Sequence record: PZ540767.1
Length of the DNA: 64,000 nt
Reading direction: 5' to 3' (one strand)
Origin: a phage
Shown here: piece by piece, positions 7,337-17,439 of the stretch
Position numbering within the stretch: position 1 is the stretch's first letter
Layout: every line of letters begins with the position of its first letter
Notes under the pieces: model-generated
What the model was told of the DNA's origin: nothing
What the model saw: only the letters and a program-made list of their open reading frames with translations
The model's database searches: none
Translations under genes and position numbers: made by a program

Positions 7337-9598
7337 ATGAACGATGAAGATCAGAGCGTAAGTGTAGCTTACCATGATCAACCTGTAGGCATCGAGACAG
7401 GATGGAAGAATCCACCTACTCTATCGATTCTTAAACAGGATCTGACCAATGCTACGCCTATTCATGATACTCAGACCGCTAAGATAGCGGAGTGGGAACG
7501 CTACCGTAAAGGTAAGACGACTACCCCTAAAGGTGAGGGGCAATCTAAAATTCAGCCTAAGCTTATTCGTAAGCAGGCTGAGTGGCGTTATGCTGCTTTG
7601 TCTGAGCCATTCTTATCTACCCCGGACTTATACAACATTAACCCAGTAACTTGGGAGGATGTTCCTGGTGCCAGACAAAACAGTTTAATTCTTAATAACC
7701 AATTCCAGACACAAATTGATCGTGTTGCTTTCATTGATGCCTACGTTCGTAGTGCAGTAGATGATGGTACGATCATTGTTCGTGTTGGCTGGGATTTTGA
7801 AGAAAGAGAAGTTCCTAAACAGGAGCCTGTATACTCTTTCTCAGTTGCTGCTGACATGATGGATATCTATCAAAAGATGGCACAGGTTGAGCAGGAAAAT
7901 CCTGTATACCTCTTAAATTATCCTCAGCAATTACAGGATGGTTACGAGATTCTCAAGAGTACAGGGATCCCTTATGCACTGACTCCTATTGGTGTAGCTA
8001 ACACTACCGAGATGAAGACAATTAAGAACTGTCCTACGGTAGAAGTCTGTGATTTAAATAACCTGTATGTAGACCCTTCTTGTAAGGGTGACCTGGATAA
8101 CGCTAAGTTTGTTATCTATTCTTTTGAGACGTCCCTTGCAGAACTTAAAGCAGATGGGCGATACAAGAACCTGGAGCAGATCAATGTCTCGAACAGTTCA
8201 CCTCTCACTGAGCAAAACTATGAAGCACCTAATGACCCCAACTTCCAGCCGGAGGGTAAACCTCGAAAAAGAATTGTTGCTTATGAGTATTGGGGATATT
8301 GGGATACTGATAATTCTGGTTTGTTACGCCCTATTGTAGCAACCTGGGTTAACGGTATATTAATCCGTCTGGAAGAGAACCCTTTCCCGGACAAGAAGAT
8401 TCCGTTTGTCTCAGTTCCTTACCTGCCTGTAAAAAACTCTATCTATGGCGAACCAGATGCAGAACTGCTAAAGGATAACCAGGATATCATCGGTGCAGTA
8501 ACCAGGGGTATGATTGACTTGCTTGGTAAGTCAGCTAACTCTCAAACTGGTTTTGCTAAGAACATGCTGGATGAAACTAACAAGCGTAAATTCCAACGTG
8601 GTGATGATTATGAGTTCAACCCTGGTACTGATCCCCGTGTAGGTATTCATACCCACACCTTCCCTGAGATCCCACAGTCTGCTCAGTTTATGCTTCAGCT
8701 TATGAACACTGATGCTGAATCATTGACTGGGGTTAAATCATTCTCTGGGGCAGAAGGTATTTCTGGTGCTGGTTTAGGTCAAACAGCTGCTGGTGTCCGT
8801 GGTGCATTGGATGCTGCTTCTAAACGTGAGCTTGGTATCCTTCGTCGTTTATCCAATGGCCTCATTAAGATTGGTCGTAAGATCATTGCAATGAATGCTG
8901 AGTTCCTGGATGAGGAAACTGTAGTACGTATTACTGAAGATGAGTTTGTGCCTATTCGTCGTGATGACTTACCAGGTAACTATGATCTTCGTCTTACCAT
9001 CTCTACAGCTGAGGATGATCAGGCTAAAGCTCAACAGCTTGCTTTCATGCTGCAAACCAGTGCTCAGACACTTGGCCCTGACTTCAGTAAGTTGTTCCTT
9101 GCTGAAATTGCACGCCTGAACAAGATGCCTGATATGGTTCGTAAGATTGAGCAGTATCAGCCTCAACCTGATCCGATGCAGCAGATGATGCAGCAGAAAC
9201 AACTTGAACTGCTTCAAGCTCAGATCAACCTTACTAATGCCCAAGCTATGGCTGAAGGTAGTAAAGGTCAGCTTAACCAAGTTAAGCAGGGTACTGAGAT
9301 GGCTAAAGCTGGTCAGATCCAATCCCAGACTGACAAGAATAGTCTCGACTTCTTGCAGACTCAGAATGGTGTCAAACATCAACAGGCTCTGGAGATGGAA
9401 CAAGTTAAGGGTGATACCTTACTTGCTGCCCAAGCTCTTAAACAGCAAGGCACTCTGGATCAGATTCAGGCACAGCATCAATCTGGTTTACTCCAGCAAC
9501 TTGCTAATACCAGGCTGAACCATAATAGCCAGCTTCAGTTGTTAAGAGCACAGAGGGATTTAAATCCTCCTACTCAAAGCACTGGTAATAACTCGTAA
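7337..9598 (+). CDS. portal protein (N4 gp59-like by size and synteny)
   Basis: 753 aa; first gene of the head module, two genes upstream of the capsid gene; Gln-rich C-terminus. Confidence 0.7.
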   Translation: MNDEDQSVSVAYHDQPVGIETGWKNPPTLSILKQDLTNATPIHDTQTAKIAEWERYRKGKTTTPKGEGQSKIQPKLIRKQAEWRYAALSEPFLSTPDLYNINPVTWEDVPGARQNSLILNNQFQTQIDRVAFIDAYVRSAVDDGTIIVRVGWDFEEREVPKQEPVYSFSVAADMMDIYQKMAQVEQENPVYLLNYPQQLQDGYEILKSTGIPYALTPIGVANTTEMKTIKNCPTVEVCDLNNLYVDPSCKGDLDNAKFVIYSFETSLAELKADGRYKNLEQINVSNSSPLTEQNYEAPNDPNFQPEGKPRKRIVAYEYWGYWDTDNSGLLRPIVATWVNGILIRLEENPFPDKKIPFVSVPYLPVKNSIYGEPDAELLKDNQDIIGAVTRGMIDLLGKSANSQTGFAKNMLDETNKRKFQRGDDYEFNPGTDPRVGIHTHTFPEIPQSAQFMLQLMNTDAESLTGVKSFSGAEGISGAGLGQTAAGVRGALDAASKRELGILRRLSNGLIKIGRKIIAMNAEFLDEETVVRITEDEFVPIRRDDLPGNYDLRLTISTAEDDQAKAQQLAFMLQTSAQTLGPDFSKLFLAEIARLNKMPDMVRKIEQYQPQPDPMQQMMQQKQLELLQAQINLTNAQAMAEGSKGQLNQVKQGTEMAKAGQIQSQTDKNSLDFLQTQNGVKHQQALEMEQVKGDTLLAAQALKQQGTLDQIQAQHQSGLLQQLANTRLNHNSQLQLLRAQRDLNPPTQSTGNNS

Positions 9599-9667
9599 TT
9601 TATTTAAAACTATAGGCAGGAAGGGCAATTTGTTGTATTGTCCTCCTGCTTCTTTCATGAGGTTTCT

Positions 9668-9982
9668 ATGAACATCAATAATCTCGACAACGATATAAAA
9701 AAGTATAAGCAACAGGTAGCACTGGGCGAAGCTTTAGAACGTCTGGAGGTTAATCCAGATTTTCGTATGCTCATTGAACTCAACTATCTGGGAACTCATG
9801 CTTTGGATCTGGTTTATTCACGTACTCGTGATATGACCCCAGATAATGAAATCGCTCGTAAGATTGATGCTGTAGCTACCTTTAAGCAATATCTGGATGA
9901 AGTAAAAGATAACCGGGCAACGGCTACTAAATCTCTCAGAGAAGCGGAGCAGACCCGAGATGAATTTTACGACGAGGACTAA
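9668..9982 (+). CDS. hypothetical head-module protein
   Basis: ATG at 9668 with GAGG RBS (ORF track begins at a TTG at 9638); between portal and scaffold candidate. Confidence 0.5.
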   Translation: MNINNLDNDIKKYKQQVALGEALERLEVNPDFRMLIELNYLGTHALDLVYSRTRDMTPDNEIARKIDAVATFKQYLDEVKDNRATATKSLREAEQTRDEFYDED

Positions 9983-9985
9983 CCC

Positions 9986-11146
9986 ATGAGTAATTCAAAT
10001 GAGCAACTAGATCCTAATGACATCTTCTCCATGTCTGAGGATGAATTAAGCAAATTTGATCCTGAACAAGCAGCAGCGGAAGCTGATGCCCTGGCTACAG
10101 CTGAAGAAACTCCTGAAGAACATCAGGAAGAAACCCCTGAGACTGAAGAAGAAACAGAGCAGCCAGAGGAAGAAACCACCACTGAAACTGATCCTGAGCA
10201 GCCGGAAGAAACTTCTGATAATCCAGAAGACACAGATCCTAAAGCACAGCCTCAGCAGACTGATCCTAACTCCAGCAACGAAAACGCACCGGACTACAAA
10301 GCGTTATACGAGCAAATTGTTGGTAAGCCTTTCAAGGCTAACGGTCGTGACCTCACCATTAAATCTGCCGATGAAGCTGTTAAGCTCATGCAGATGGGTG
10401 CCAACTACCATGAGAAGATGGCTGCTCTGAAACCAGTTCGCCGTGTTGCTCAGATGCTTCAGCAAGCCAATGCAATGGATGAATCCACTGTGGCTTTCCT
10501 TCTGGATCTTCATAATAAGAAACCAGAAGCAATTGCAAAGCTCGTCAAGGACAGCGGTATTGATCTGTATGAGTTCGATGTAGCTCAAGCAGATAACTAT
10601 CAAACCAGTTATCAAGCTCCAACTGATGTTCAGATGCAGCTTAATGACACCATTGAAACATTAGCTACTCAACCTGGTTTCCAGGAAATGTTCACTGGTA
10701 TTGCTCAAAGCTGGGATGATGTAAGTCAGAAATTCATTACTGAAAATCCAGGTATTCTGGGTGTGCTTCAGGAAATGAATGCTCGTGGTGAATATCAGCA
10801 GATCATGGATGAAGTTAGTCGTCGTCGGTTGTTCCAACCAGAACTGGCTGCACAACCAATGCTTCAGTTATTCCGTGATACTGAAGTACGTTTACGTGAA
10901 GCTGGCCTTTTAAAAGCTACTGCTACCCCTGAACAAATTCAGCAGGTACAGCAAGCTCAAGCTCCAGCTGTTGCTACTACTACCCAGCTTAAACAGGGCA
11001 CTGCCTCTCAAACTGCTCAAGCACGTCGTGCAGCAGCTGCACCTCGTCAAGCTCCACAAACCAGTCAACGTAAATTAACTCCTGAAGATATCTTTTCCCT
11101 TTCTCCAGAAGAATTTGCTAAGATTGACCCAAGCAAATTTAATTAA
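9986..11146 (+). CDS. putative scaffolding protein (highly acidic N-terminal region)
   Basis: 386 aa; long E/T/P-rich acidic stretch, helical remainder; directly upstream of capsid gene. Confidence 0.5.
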   Translation: MSNSNEQLDPNDIFSMSEDELSKFDPEQAAAEADALATAEETPEEHQEETPETEEETEQPEEETTTETDPEQPEETSDNPEDTDPKAQPQQTDPNSSNENAPDYKALYEQIVGKPFKANGRDLTIKSADEAVKLMQMGANYHEKMAALKPVRRVAQMLQQANAMDESTVAFLLDLHNKKPEAIAKLVKDSGIDLYEFDVAQADNYQTSYQAPTDVQMQLNDTIETLATQPGFQEMFTGIAQSWDDVSQKFITENPGILGVLQEMNARGEYQQIMDEVSRRRLFQPELAAQPMLQLFRDTEVRLREAGLLKATATPEQIQQVQQAQAPAVATTTQLKQGTASQTAQARRAAAAPRQAPQTSQRKLTPEDIFSLSPEEFAKIDPSKFN

Positions 11147-11160
11147 GAGGTTACTGACCT

Positions 11161-12333
11161 ATGGTTATGCAATATAAGGCTCCTGCCCAAGGTAAACCGT
11201 CTAGCATTGGCCCGCAGATTAATACTGCGTATTACCAGCGTAAGGCGATGGAAGATGCTCAGAAAGAGCAATACTTTACTCAGCTGGCTTCTGCTAAAGC
11301 TATTCCGTCTAACTACGGTAAAAAGCTGAAGATGTTCCATTACCTGCCACTGCTTGATGATCGTAACATTAACGATCAGGGTATCGATGCAACTGGTGCT
11401 AAAATCGCTAATGGTAACCTGTATGGTTCCAGCCGTGATATCGGTACTATCCCGGACAAATTCCCTGTACTGGGTGAAAACGGTGGTCGTGTTAACCGTG
11501 TTGGTACTACTCGTATTGAACTGGAAGGTTCTTTCGAGAAGTTCGGTTTCTTCATTGAGTACACCCGTGACTCTCTGAACTTCGATACCGATGCTGAACT
11601 ACTCCAGCATATCAACCGTGAGATCATGATTGCTGCATCTGACATGAACGAAGATGCTCTGCAAATCGACCTGATCAACAACGCTGGTACTATCGTCTAT
11701 GCAGGCGATGCCAACTCTCGTGCTGAACTGGGCCAGGATGACGTCCTGTCTTACAGTAACTTCATGAAGCTGGCTATGGCTCTGGATAAGGCTGATACGC
11801 CGAAGAAAACCACCATCCTGTCGGGTACTCGTAATATCGATACTCGTGTAGTCCCAGCTGCTCGCTATCTGTTCTGTGGCCCTGAACTGCGTCCTACCCT
11901 GGAAGCAATGAAGAACCTGCACGATCAGCCAGCATTCATCTCTGCTGAACACTACGCTGCTGGTACTACTCTGGCTAACGGTGAAGTCGGTTCAGTAGGT
12001 CAGTTCCGTCTGATCGAAAACCAGAAGATGATGAAGTGGTCTGGTGGCGGTGCTACCTTGACTGGTGGTGATGAGTCTGTGTATTACAACGATGGCGAGA
12101 AGTACGATGTATTCCCTCTGCTGTGCGTTGGTGATGACTCCTTCTCTACTATCACCTTCCAGACTTCTGGTAACCGTGTGAAGTTCGAGATCAACAGCCG
12201 CAAACCAGGTGAGAACATCGACCGTACTGACCCGTATGGCGAGACTGGCTTCATCTCTATGCGCTGGTTCTATGGCTTCATGGCTCAACGTCCAGAACGC
12301 ATTGGTCTGATCATGACCACTGCTAAGATGTAA
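11161..12333 (+). CDS. major capsid protein (N4 gp56-like by size and synteny)
   Basis: 390 aa; AGAGG RBS; followed by the strongest terminator in the window, as expected for a highly expressed capsid gene. Confidence 0.7.
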   Translation: MVMQYKAPAQGKPSSIGPQINTAYYQRKAMEDAQKEQYFTQLASAKAIPSNYGKKLKMFHYLPLLDDRNINDQGIDATGAKIANGNLYGSSRDIGTIPDKFPVLGENGGRVNRVGTTRIELEGSFEKFGFFIEYTRDSLNFDTDAELLQHINREIMIAASDMNEDALQIDLINNAGTIVYAGDANSRAELGQDDVLSYSNFMKLAMALDKADTPKKTTILSGTRNIDTRVVPAARYLFCGPELRPTLEAMKNLHDQPAFISAEHYAAGTTLANGEVGSVGQFRLIENQKMMKWSGGGATLTGGDESVYYNDGEKYDVFPLLCVGDDSFSTITFQTSGNRVKFEINSRKPGENIDRTDPYGETGFISMRWFYGFMAQRPERIGLIMTTAKM

Positions 12334-12370
12334 TACTGGTTTATTAAATCAGTTTGCATTAAGCTTAAAG

Positions 12371-12394
12371 CCGGGGAATTCTCCCCGGTTTTTT
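12371..12394 (+). terminator. rho-independent terminator after capsid gene
   Basis: CCGGGGA-ATTC-TCCCCGG hairpin followed by TTTTTT. Confidence 0.8.
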
Positions 12395-12416
12395 ATTAAT
12401 TAAAGGTAGGTAAGAA

Positions 12417-12959
12417 ATGTCACAGTACACTGAACAAGATCGTGAATTATTGGAAGCTCAAGCTAACCAACTGGGTGTAGATTTCCACCCTAATATCAGC
12501 TCTGAAAAACTGGCTGCACGTATTGCAGAAGTTATGGAAGGGCAAGAACCCCAAGAAAAAGAACGCCCTGTTAAAGGGGAAACCAAAGAACAACGTCGTC
12601 AGCGTAAGCATAAAGAAGCTATGGCTCTGGTTCGTTGTCTCATCGTCTGTAATGACCCAAATAAACGTGAGTGGCCTGGTGAATGGTTAGGTGTATCCAA
12701 TGGTGCTGGCGTCCAAGTTCGTAAATTGGTTCCGTATAACCAACCTGATAAACCATTCCACTTACCACGTATCATGGTAAACATGCTTCGTGAAAAACAG
12801 GTTCAGATCTTTGCTTCTAAACCTGGTAAATATGGCACTACTATTCGAGTGCCTAAATCTATTCCAGCCTATACCATTACTGAGCTGCCTCCACTGACCC
12901 AAGCAGAGCTGGATGAATTGGCGCTTAGTCAGCTGCAACGTGGTGCTCTGGACGACTAA
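12417..12959 (+). CDS. hypothetical virion-module protein
   Basis: 180 aa; AGGTAGG RBS; located between capsid and structural genes. Confidence 0.5.
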   Translation: MSQYTEQDRELLEAQANQLGVDFHPNISSEKLAARIAEVMEGQEPQEKERPVKGETKEQRRQRKHKEAMALVRCLIVCNDPNKREWPGEWLGVSNGAGVQVRKLVPYNQPDKPFHLPRIMVNMLREKQVQIFASKPGKYGTTIRVPKSIPAYTITELPPLTQAELDELALSQLQRGALDD

Positions 12960-12968
12960 GGATAAACC

Positions 12969-14198
12969 ATGGCCGATATCACTATTGATCAAGTAGTAGC
13001 TAAAGATCTTCACCTTGAGGATCTGACTACTATTGACCTTCAGGGATCTGGCGTGTGGGATAAGATGCTGCGTAATATGCGTGTTCAACTCAACGATCAG
13101 TTTGAGAAGAATCGCATCACTGGCCCTACTTATGGGCAAGTATACGCAGCTACTTATGAGTCTACTCTTCAAGCTGCTATCACTTTACTTCTGGCTAAAG
13201 AACGTCAGGCATTAGAGATTAAGCAGCTTGAATTGCAGAACCAACTCACTCAAGCTCAGATTGATCAAATCCATGACCAGATGCAGAAGACGCCTTATGA
13301 GATCGAACAGATTAAGGCACAGACAGAGAATATCAAAACTGAGACTGCACAGACGCAGTACAATATTGATCATATTCTCCCACTTCAGGCTACTGGTTTA
13401 GAACTTGAAAACCAGACTCGTGAGTATAATCTCAACACTGTACTGCCTACTCAGGTAGCTCAGACCGAAGCTCAGACTTCACTGACTAAATCTCAGGAAG
13501 AACAGATCCGTGCTGAGATGCAGAAAGTACCATATGAGATTGAAGTACTTCAGTCCCAGGTGGATGAGTCTAAAATCAAGGTTCTGCAAGAGCAATATAA
13601 CCTCGATAACCTCATGCCTGCTCAGCTGGGTCAAATCAATGCTCAGACTGCTGGTGTGGTTAAAGAGACTGAACTTAAGGACTATCAACTGGTTAATCTG
13701 TACCCAGCACAGCTTGCAGGTACATTGGCCCAGACTGAGAATGTCCAACAAGATACTGCTCTCAAAGAGTATCAGGTACAGTTCCTCTACCCTGCTCAAT
13801 TAGCTCAGGCTAATAAGCAGCTTGAGTTAACTGAAGCTCAGATTGCTGTACAAAATAAGCAACTTGATCTACTTCAGGAACAGGTTAACCAGGCTAAAGC
13901 TCAGACTGATTACTATGCTCAGAAGGTTGTTACTGAGAAAGCTCAGACTGATGCTACAGTGATTGGGGATGGGTCAGTAATTAATACCCAGGTTCAGCTG
14001 ATGAATGCGCAGAAGGATGGGTATAAGCGTAATGCTGAACAGCAAGCTGCTCAGATTATGTCTAATACCTGGAATGTCCGTCGTCAAACTGATGAGGATA
14101 CTTCTGCAAACAGTACCAACTTACTGGATGATGCTACTGTGGGTAAAACCATTCAGACCTTGCTGTCTGGTGTAGGCGTAAATGTTAGCCCGTCCTAA
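12969..14198 (+). CDS. virion protein with internal tandem repeats (Q-rich, coiled-coil-like)
   Basis: 409 aa; repeated units such as YNLDNLMPAQLGQINAQT, LVNLYPAQLAGTLAQT, VQFLYPAQLAQANKQL. Confidence 0.55.
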   Translation: MADITIDQVVAKDLHLEDLTTIDLQGSGVWDKMLRNMRVQLNDQFEKNRITGPTYGQVYAATYESTLQAAITLLLAKERQALEIKQLELQNQLTQAQIDQIHDQMQKTPYEIEQIKAQTENIKTETAQTQYNIDHILPLQATGLELENQTREYNLNTVLPTQVAQTEAQTSLTKSQEEQIRAEMQKVPYEIEVLQSQVDESKIKVLQEQYNLDNLMPAQLGQINAQTAGVVKETELKDYQLVNLYPAQLAGTLAQTENVQQDTALKEYQVQFLYPAQLAQANKQLELTEAQIAVQNKQLDLLQEQVNQAKAQTDYYAQKVVTEKAQTDATVIGDGSVINTQVQLMNAQKDGYKRNAEQQAAQIMSNTWNVRRQTDEDTSANSTNLLDDATVGKTIQTLLSGVGVNVSPS

Positions 14199-14217
14199 TC
14201 GACTGGTATACTATATA

Positions 14218-14240
14218 GGGAGCCTTGTGCTCCCTTTTTT
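14218..14240 (+). terminator. rho-independent terminator
   Basis: GGGAGC-CTTGT-GCTCCC hairpin followed by TTTTTT. Confidence 0.7.
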
Positions 14241-14254
14241 ATTATGAGGTCACC

Positions 14255-17002
14255 ATGGGACTCTTTAGCGGAAAGAAGAAAACGTACCGAGACTTTAGCT
14301 ACTCTCGCCTAATTGAAGATGATTACCTGCCTGATGTTATGGGTCAGGCAGTTACTACGTATGTGCTGGATAAAGATAATACCAAATCACTTACTGATCT
14401 GATGCTGGAATATGGGTGGTCAGCTAACAATGTTAAGTGGGATGCTGCATATCGCTGGGCCAAAAAAGGTAAGTATTTTTATGGCCTCCCTACTACCACT
14501 ACTGTTACTGCTACTGACTTCACTGGTTCAGAGTCCTTAGAAGATGTTCTGCAATCACTCACAGGTCGTACAGATCTTACCTATGTATATAGTAAGTTTG
14601 TGCCTGGGAATTTCAGGCATGGTATGTGGCAGCAACTGATCTCAACTCAAAATTATAATGCCACTACTAATATCCTGGGATCTCTGACTTCATCTTTGGG
14701 CACTACGTGCTGGCTTCATAATGCTACTAACTATTTAACCAGTGAAACCAGGGAAGCTGTAGAAGACACCATGCTGGAGCATTGGGGCTTGTCACCTAAG
14801 AGTGGAGCTACCAATATTCGAAGCCAGGATTTGAATGCTGCTGATACTCCTGATGGGGTTAGTGCCACTGGTTCCAATTATGTCCGTGTGGAGTATGCGT
14901 GTAGCTTTGCTGGGGTAGAACGAATTAAGACCGTGGAAACCACTAAGGTAACCACTACAATTAAAACCCCAGATCCCAATGAGGAAGGTAGCTACACAGA
15001 AGAGACTTCATCTACTTCTTCAGATACCACTACTAACACGACTAACTGGAATGGGGTAACTCTACCTAATAACGTGATCAGTGCAGTGGATGTAGGTACA
15101 GGTACTTCAGAGGTTACTGAAAGTGATCCTGTCGATACGCAAACTACAACTGATGAAACTACTGGGGTAATTACAGAAGTCGTTACAGAGGTCACCAGAG
15201 TTATCACAACAAACACTGTTTCGATCAATGTTATTGCTTACTTCAATATGTCGTTTGGGATCTATGACTACAACCCTGATTCTGAAACCATTGACACTAC
15301 CACTGTGTTGGATGACCGAGATTCTGGGGATTATGATCCTACTGCTCCTCTGGTTCCAAGTGGGGAAGATACCGATGATTCCCCAGATTACTTCATGGTG
15401 TGTTATGAATATACCTCAGGGGGTACTCTCCATATTGGTTACTTTACCTATCAATATGGGTCTGGGAATTATCCTGCATTGGATGGGATCACAGGTACTG
15501 AGGTTGCCGACTTCGGACAACACTTCCCTCGTATGTATTTCCGTCTGGATGGTAAACGCCTCATTTCAGATGAGTACTCACAAACTGAAGGCTATAAGAC
15601 CAGTAAAAAGTTAGGTAATAAGCTGGACTTAGGTTGGTTAGATGTAGGAGAAGAAATTTATAATAGCTTGAGTTCTTTGGGCAAAATCAGAGATGTAATG
15701 ATGATTCTTATGGTTCCTGCCAATACTGAAAATGCTATTGAACAGGAATATCTCTATAACTATTTTCATACCCTCTGTATGTTACGTCCCCAGTACACTG
15801 AAAAAAACTGGACAATCTACTCAACTGAGTCTTCACAATCTGGTTCAGCTACAGTACCCCCATCAGATCTGGATACTTTTGATATGCGTTTAGGGGCTTT
15901 CATGGAGTCCTCTGACACATTTATTGCAACATCAAACCAGATGGACTGCCTGGGGTATGCTCGTATCACAGGCTCAATAGGTAACATTGGTGCCGTGGCT
16001 TCAGGGAGGGGTACAGGTAAGCTTCCCTTTAGATATGAATACAGACAGGATAATCAGCTTAAATACCGTTATGGTGTGAAAGATGTAGATTATCATTACT
16101 ACAGAGTTCAGGTATCCAGCACTCAGTATGATGAAGTCAGGGTGTATAACCTAAGCCACCAGGTTCGTGTAGGCGGTAAACAGGTTAACCGGAGTGGTTC
16201 CAGTGATGAACTCATGGTGCCTTTGGATCATGCTTTCAGAAAGCTGTTTAGTACTCATGAAAGAGAAACATTATATGCAAGGGCTGCTCAGATTTTAATC
16301 TGCACTGAGTATACAGTTAAGACTAAGTGGTATCAGACTAGCATTTTCAAGGCAATTACCGTTGTAATAGCTGTAGCTGTTTCTTGGTGGACTGGGGGAG
16401 CTTCTTTATCCATGATTAGTGTGTTAACTGCTGTAGCAACAACGGCAGCAACAATGATAGCTTTCTCACTATTGAGTAAGTATGTGTTCAGTAAACTGGG
16501 AAGTTGGGCTTCTATTCTGGCTACTGTAGTTGCTGTGGTCGCTGCTGTTTATGGGGGATATCTTGCTTATACAGGAACTACAGGCCCATATAGTTTAACT
16601 GCCCAAAATCTTATGCAGGCATCCAATGTTGCATTTAAAACTGCTGATGCTTCCCTAAAAGGACAGCAAATAGCTATGCAGCAAAAGTTTGGATCTCTTC
16701 AGAAAGAGTTAGAAGAAAAGCAGGAAGTACTACAGCAAGCTCAAGATGAGTTAAACCAGGGTTCTAATACTATTTCTGACTGGATATTCCTACAGGCTAC
16801 AAATGGCTATGTTAACTTAGGTGAAACACCTGATCAGATGATAACCCGTACTTTGAATACAAATATTGGAACACTGGCTTTACAGCTACCTGACGTATAC
16901 CTAAGTCAGGCATTGTCTTTACCTTCACCTGTAGAGATCATGCAGTTTATGCAACAAAAACTGTATACTGTTCCAGATGACGAACTCAATCCACTTACAT
17001 GA
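14255..17002 (+). CDS. large virion protein, candidate ejection/channel protein
   Basis: ATG at 14255 with GAGG RBS (ORF track begins at a TTG at 14225); Thr-rich low-complexity linker; long hydrophobic segments near C-terminus. Confidence 0.6.
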   Translation: MGLFSGKKKTYRDFSYSRLIEDDYLPDVMGQAVTTYVLDKDNTKSLTDLMLEYGWSANNVKWDAAYRWAKKGKYFYGLPTTTTVTATDFTGSESLEDVLQSLTGRTDLTYVYSKFVPGNFRHGMWQQLISTQNYNATTNILGSLTSSLGTTCWLHNATNYLTSETREAVEDTMLEHWGLSPKSGATNIRSQDLNAADTPDGVSATGSNYVRVEYACSFAGVERIKTVETTKVTTTIKTPDPNEEGSYTEETSSTSSDTTTNTTNWNGVTLPNNVISAVDVGTGTSEVTESDPVDTQTTTDETTGVITEVVTEVTRVITTNTVSINVIAYFNMSFGIYDYNPDSETIDTTTVLDDRDSGDYDPTAPLVPSGEDTDDSPDYFMVCYEYTSGGTLHIGYFTYQYGSGNYPALDGITGTEVADFGQHFPRMYFRLDGKRLISDEYSQTEGYKTSKKLGNKLDLGWLDVGEEIYNSLSSLGKIRDVMMILMVPANTENAIEQEYLYNYFHTLCMLRPQYTEKNWTIYSTESSQSGSATVPPSDLDTFDMRLGAFMESSDTFIATSNQMDCLGYARITGSIGNIGAVASGRGTGKLPFRYEYRQDNQLKYRYGVKDVDYHYYRVQVSSTQYDEVRVYNLSHQVRVGGKQVNRSGSSDELMVPLDHAFRKLFSTHERETLYARAAQILICTEYTVKTKWYQTSIFKAITVVIAVAVSWWTGGASLSMISVLTAVATTAATMIAFSLLSKYVFSKLGSWASILATVVAVVAAVYGGYLAYTGTTGPYSLTAQNLMQASNVAFKTADASLKGQQIAMQQKFGSLQKELEEKQEVLQQAQDELNQGSNTISDWIFLQATNGYVNLGETPDQMITRTLNTNIGTLALQLPDVYLSQALSLPSPVEIMQFMQQKLYTVPDDELNPLT

Positions 17003-17010
17003 GGTGACTA

Positions 17011-17436
17011 ATGGCTGGATTATCGATGTATCCAAGTCTGTGGGATCAGGGGTCTATGTCCCCATCTCTAGACTCTCTGAGTTCTGGTTTTACCAACTCA
17101 GCAAATACTTTTAACAATACGGCCCTTACTGGTTCAGGTGGTTCAGGTAGTTTCCTGGATAGTATCCTGGGAGGCTCTGGTGAAATGTCTGGTTTGCAGA
17201 TGGGCCAGCTTGGTCTGGGGGGTGTAACCAGTTTGCTTAATGGTTATCTTGGTTTCCAGAACCTGGGCCTTGCTAAGAAACAATACCAGTCTCAGCTTGA
17301 CCAGTTTAATAAGCAGTGGGATGCCAACAAGAAGTTAACCAATGCTTCTCTGGCAGACCGTCAGGCTGCTCGTGTTGCAAGTAACCCTAATGCATATCAG
17401 TCTGTTGATGACTATATGAAAAAATATGGGATCTAA
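17011..17436 (+). CDS. Gly/Ser-rich virion protein
   Basis: 141 aa; GAGG RBS; low-complexity G/S/L-rich composition. Confidence 0.5.
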   Translation: MAGLSMYPSLWDQGSMSPSLDSLSSGFTNSANTFNNTALTGSGGSGSFLDSILGGSGEMSGLQMGQLGLGGVTSLLNGYLGFQNLGLAKKQYQSQLDQFNKQWDANKKLTNASLADRQAARVASNPNAYQSVDDYMKKYGI

Positions 17437-17439
17437 ACC

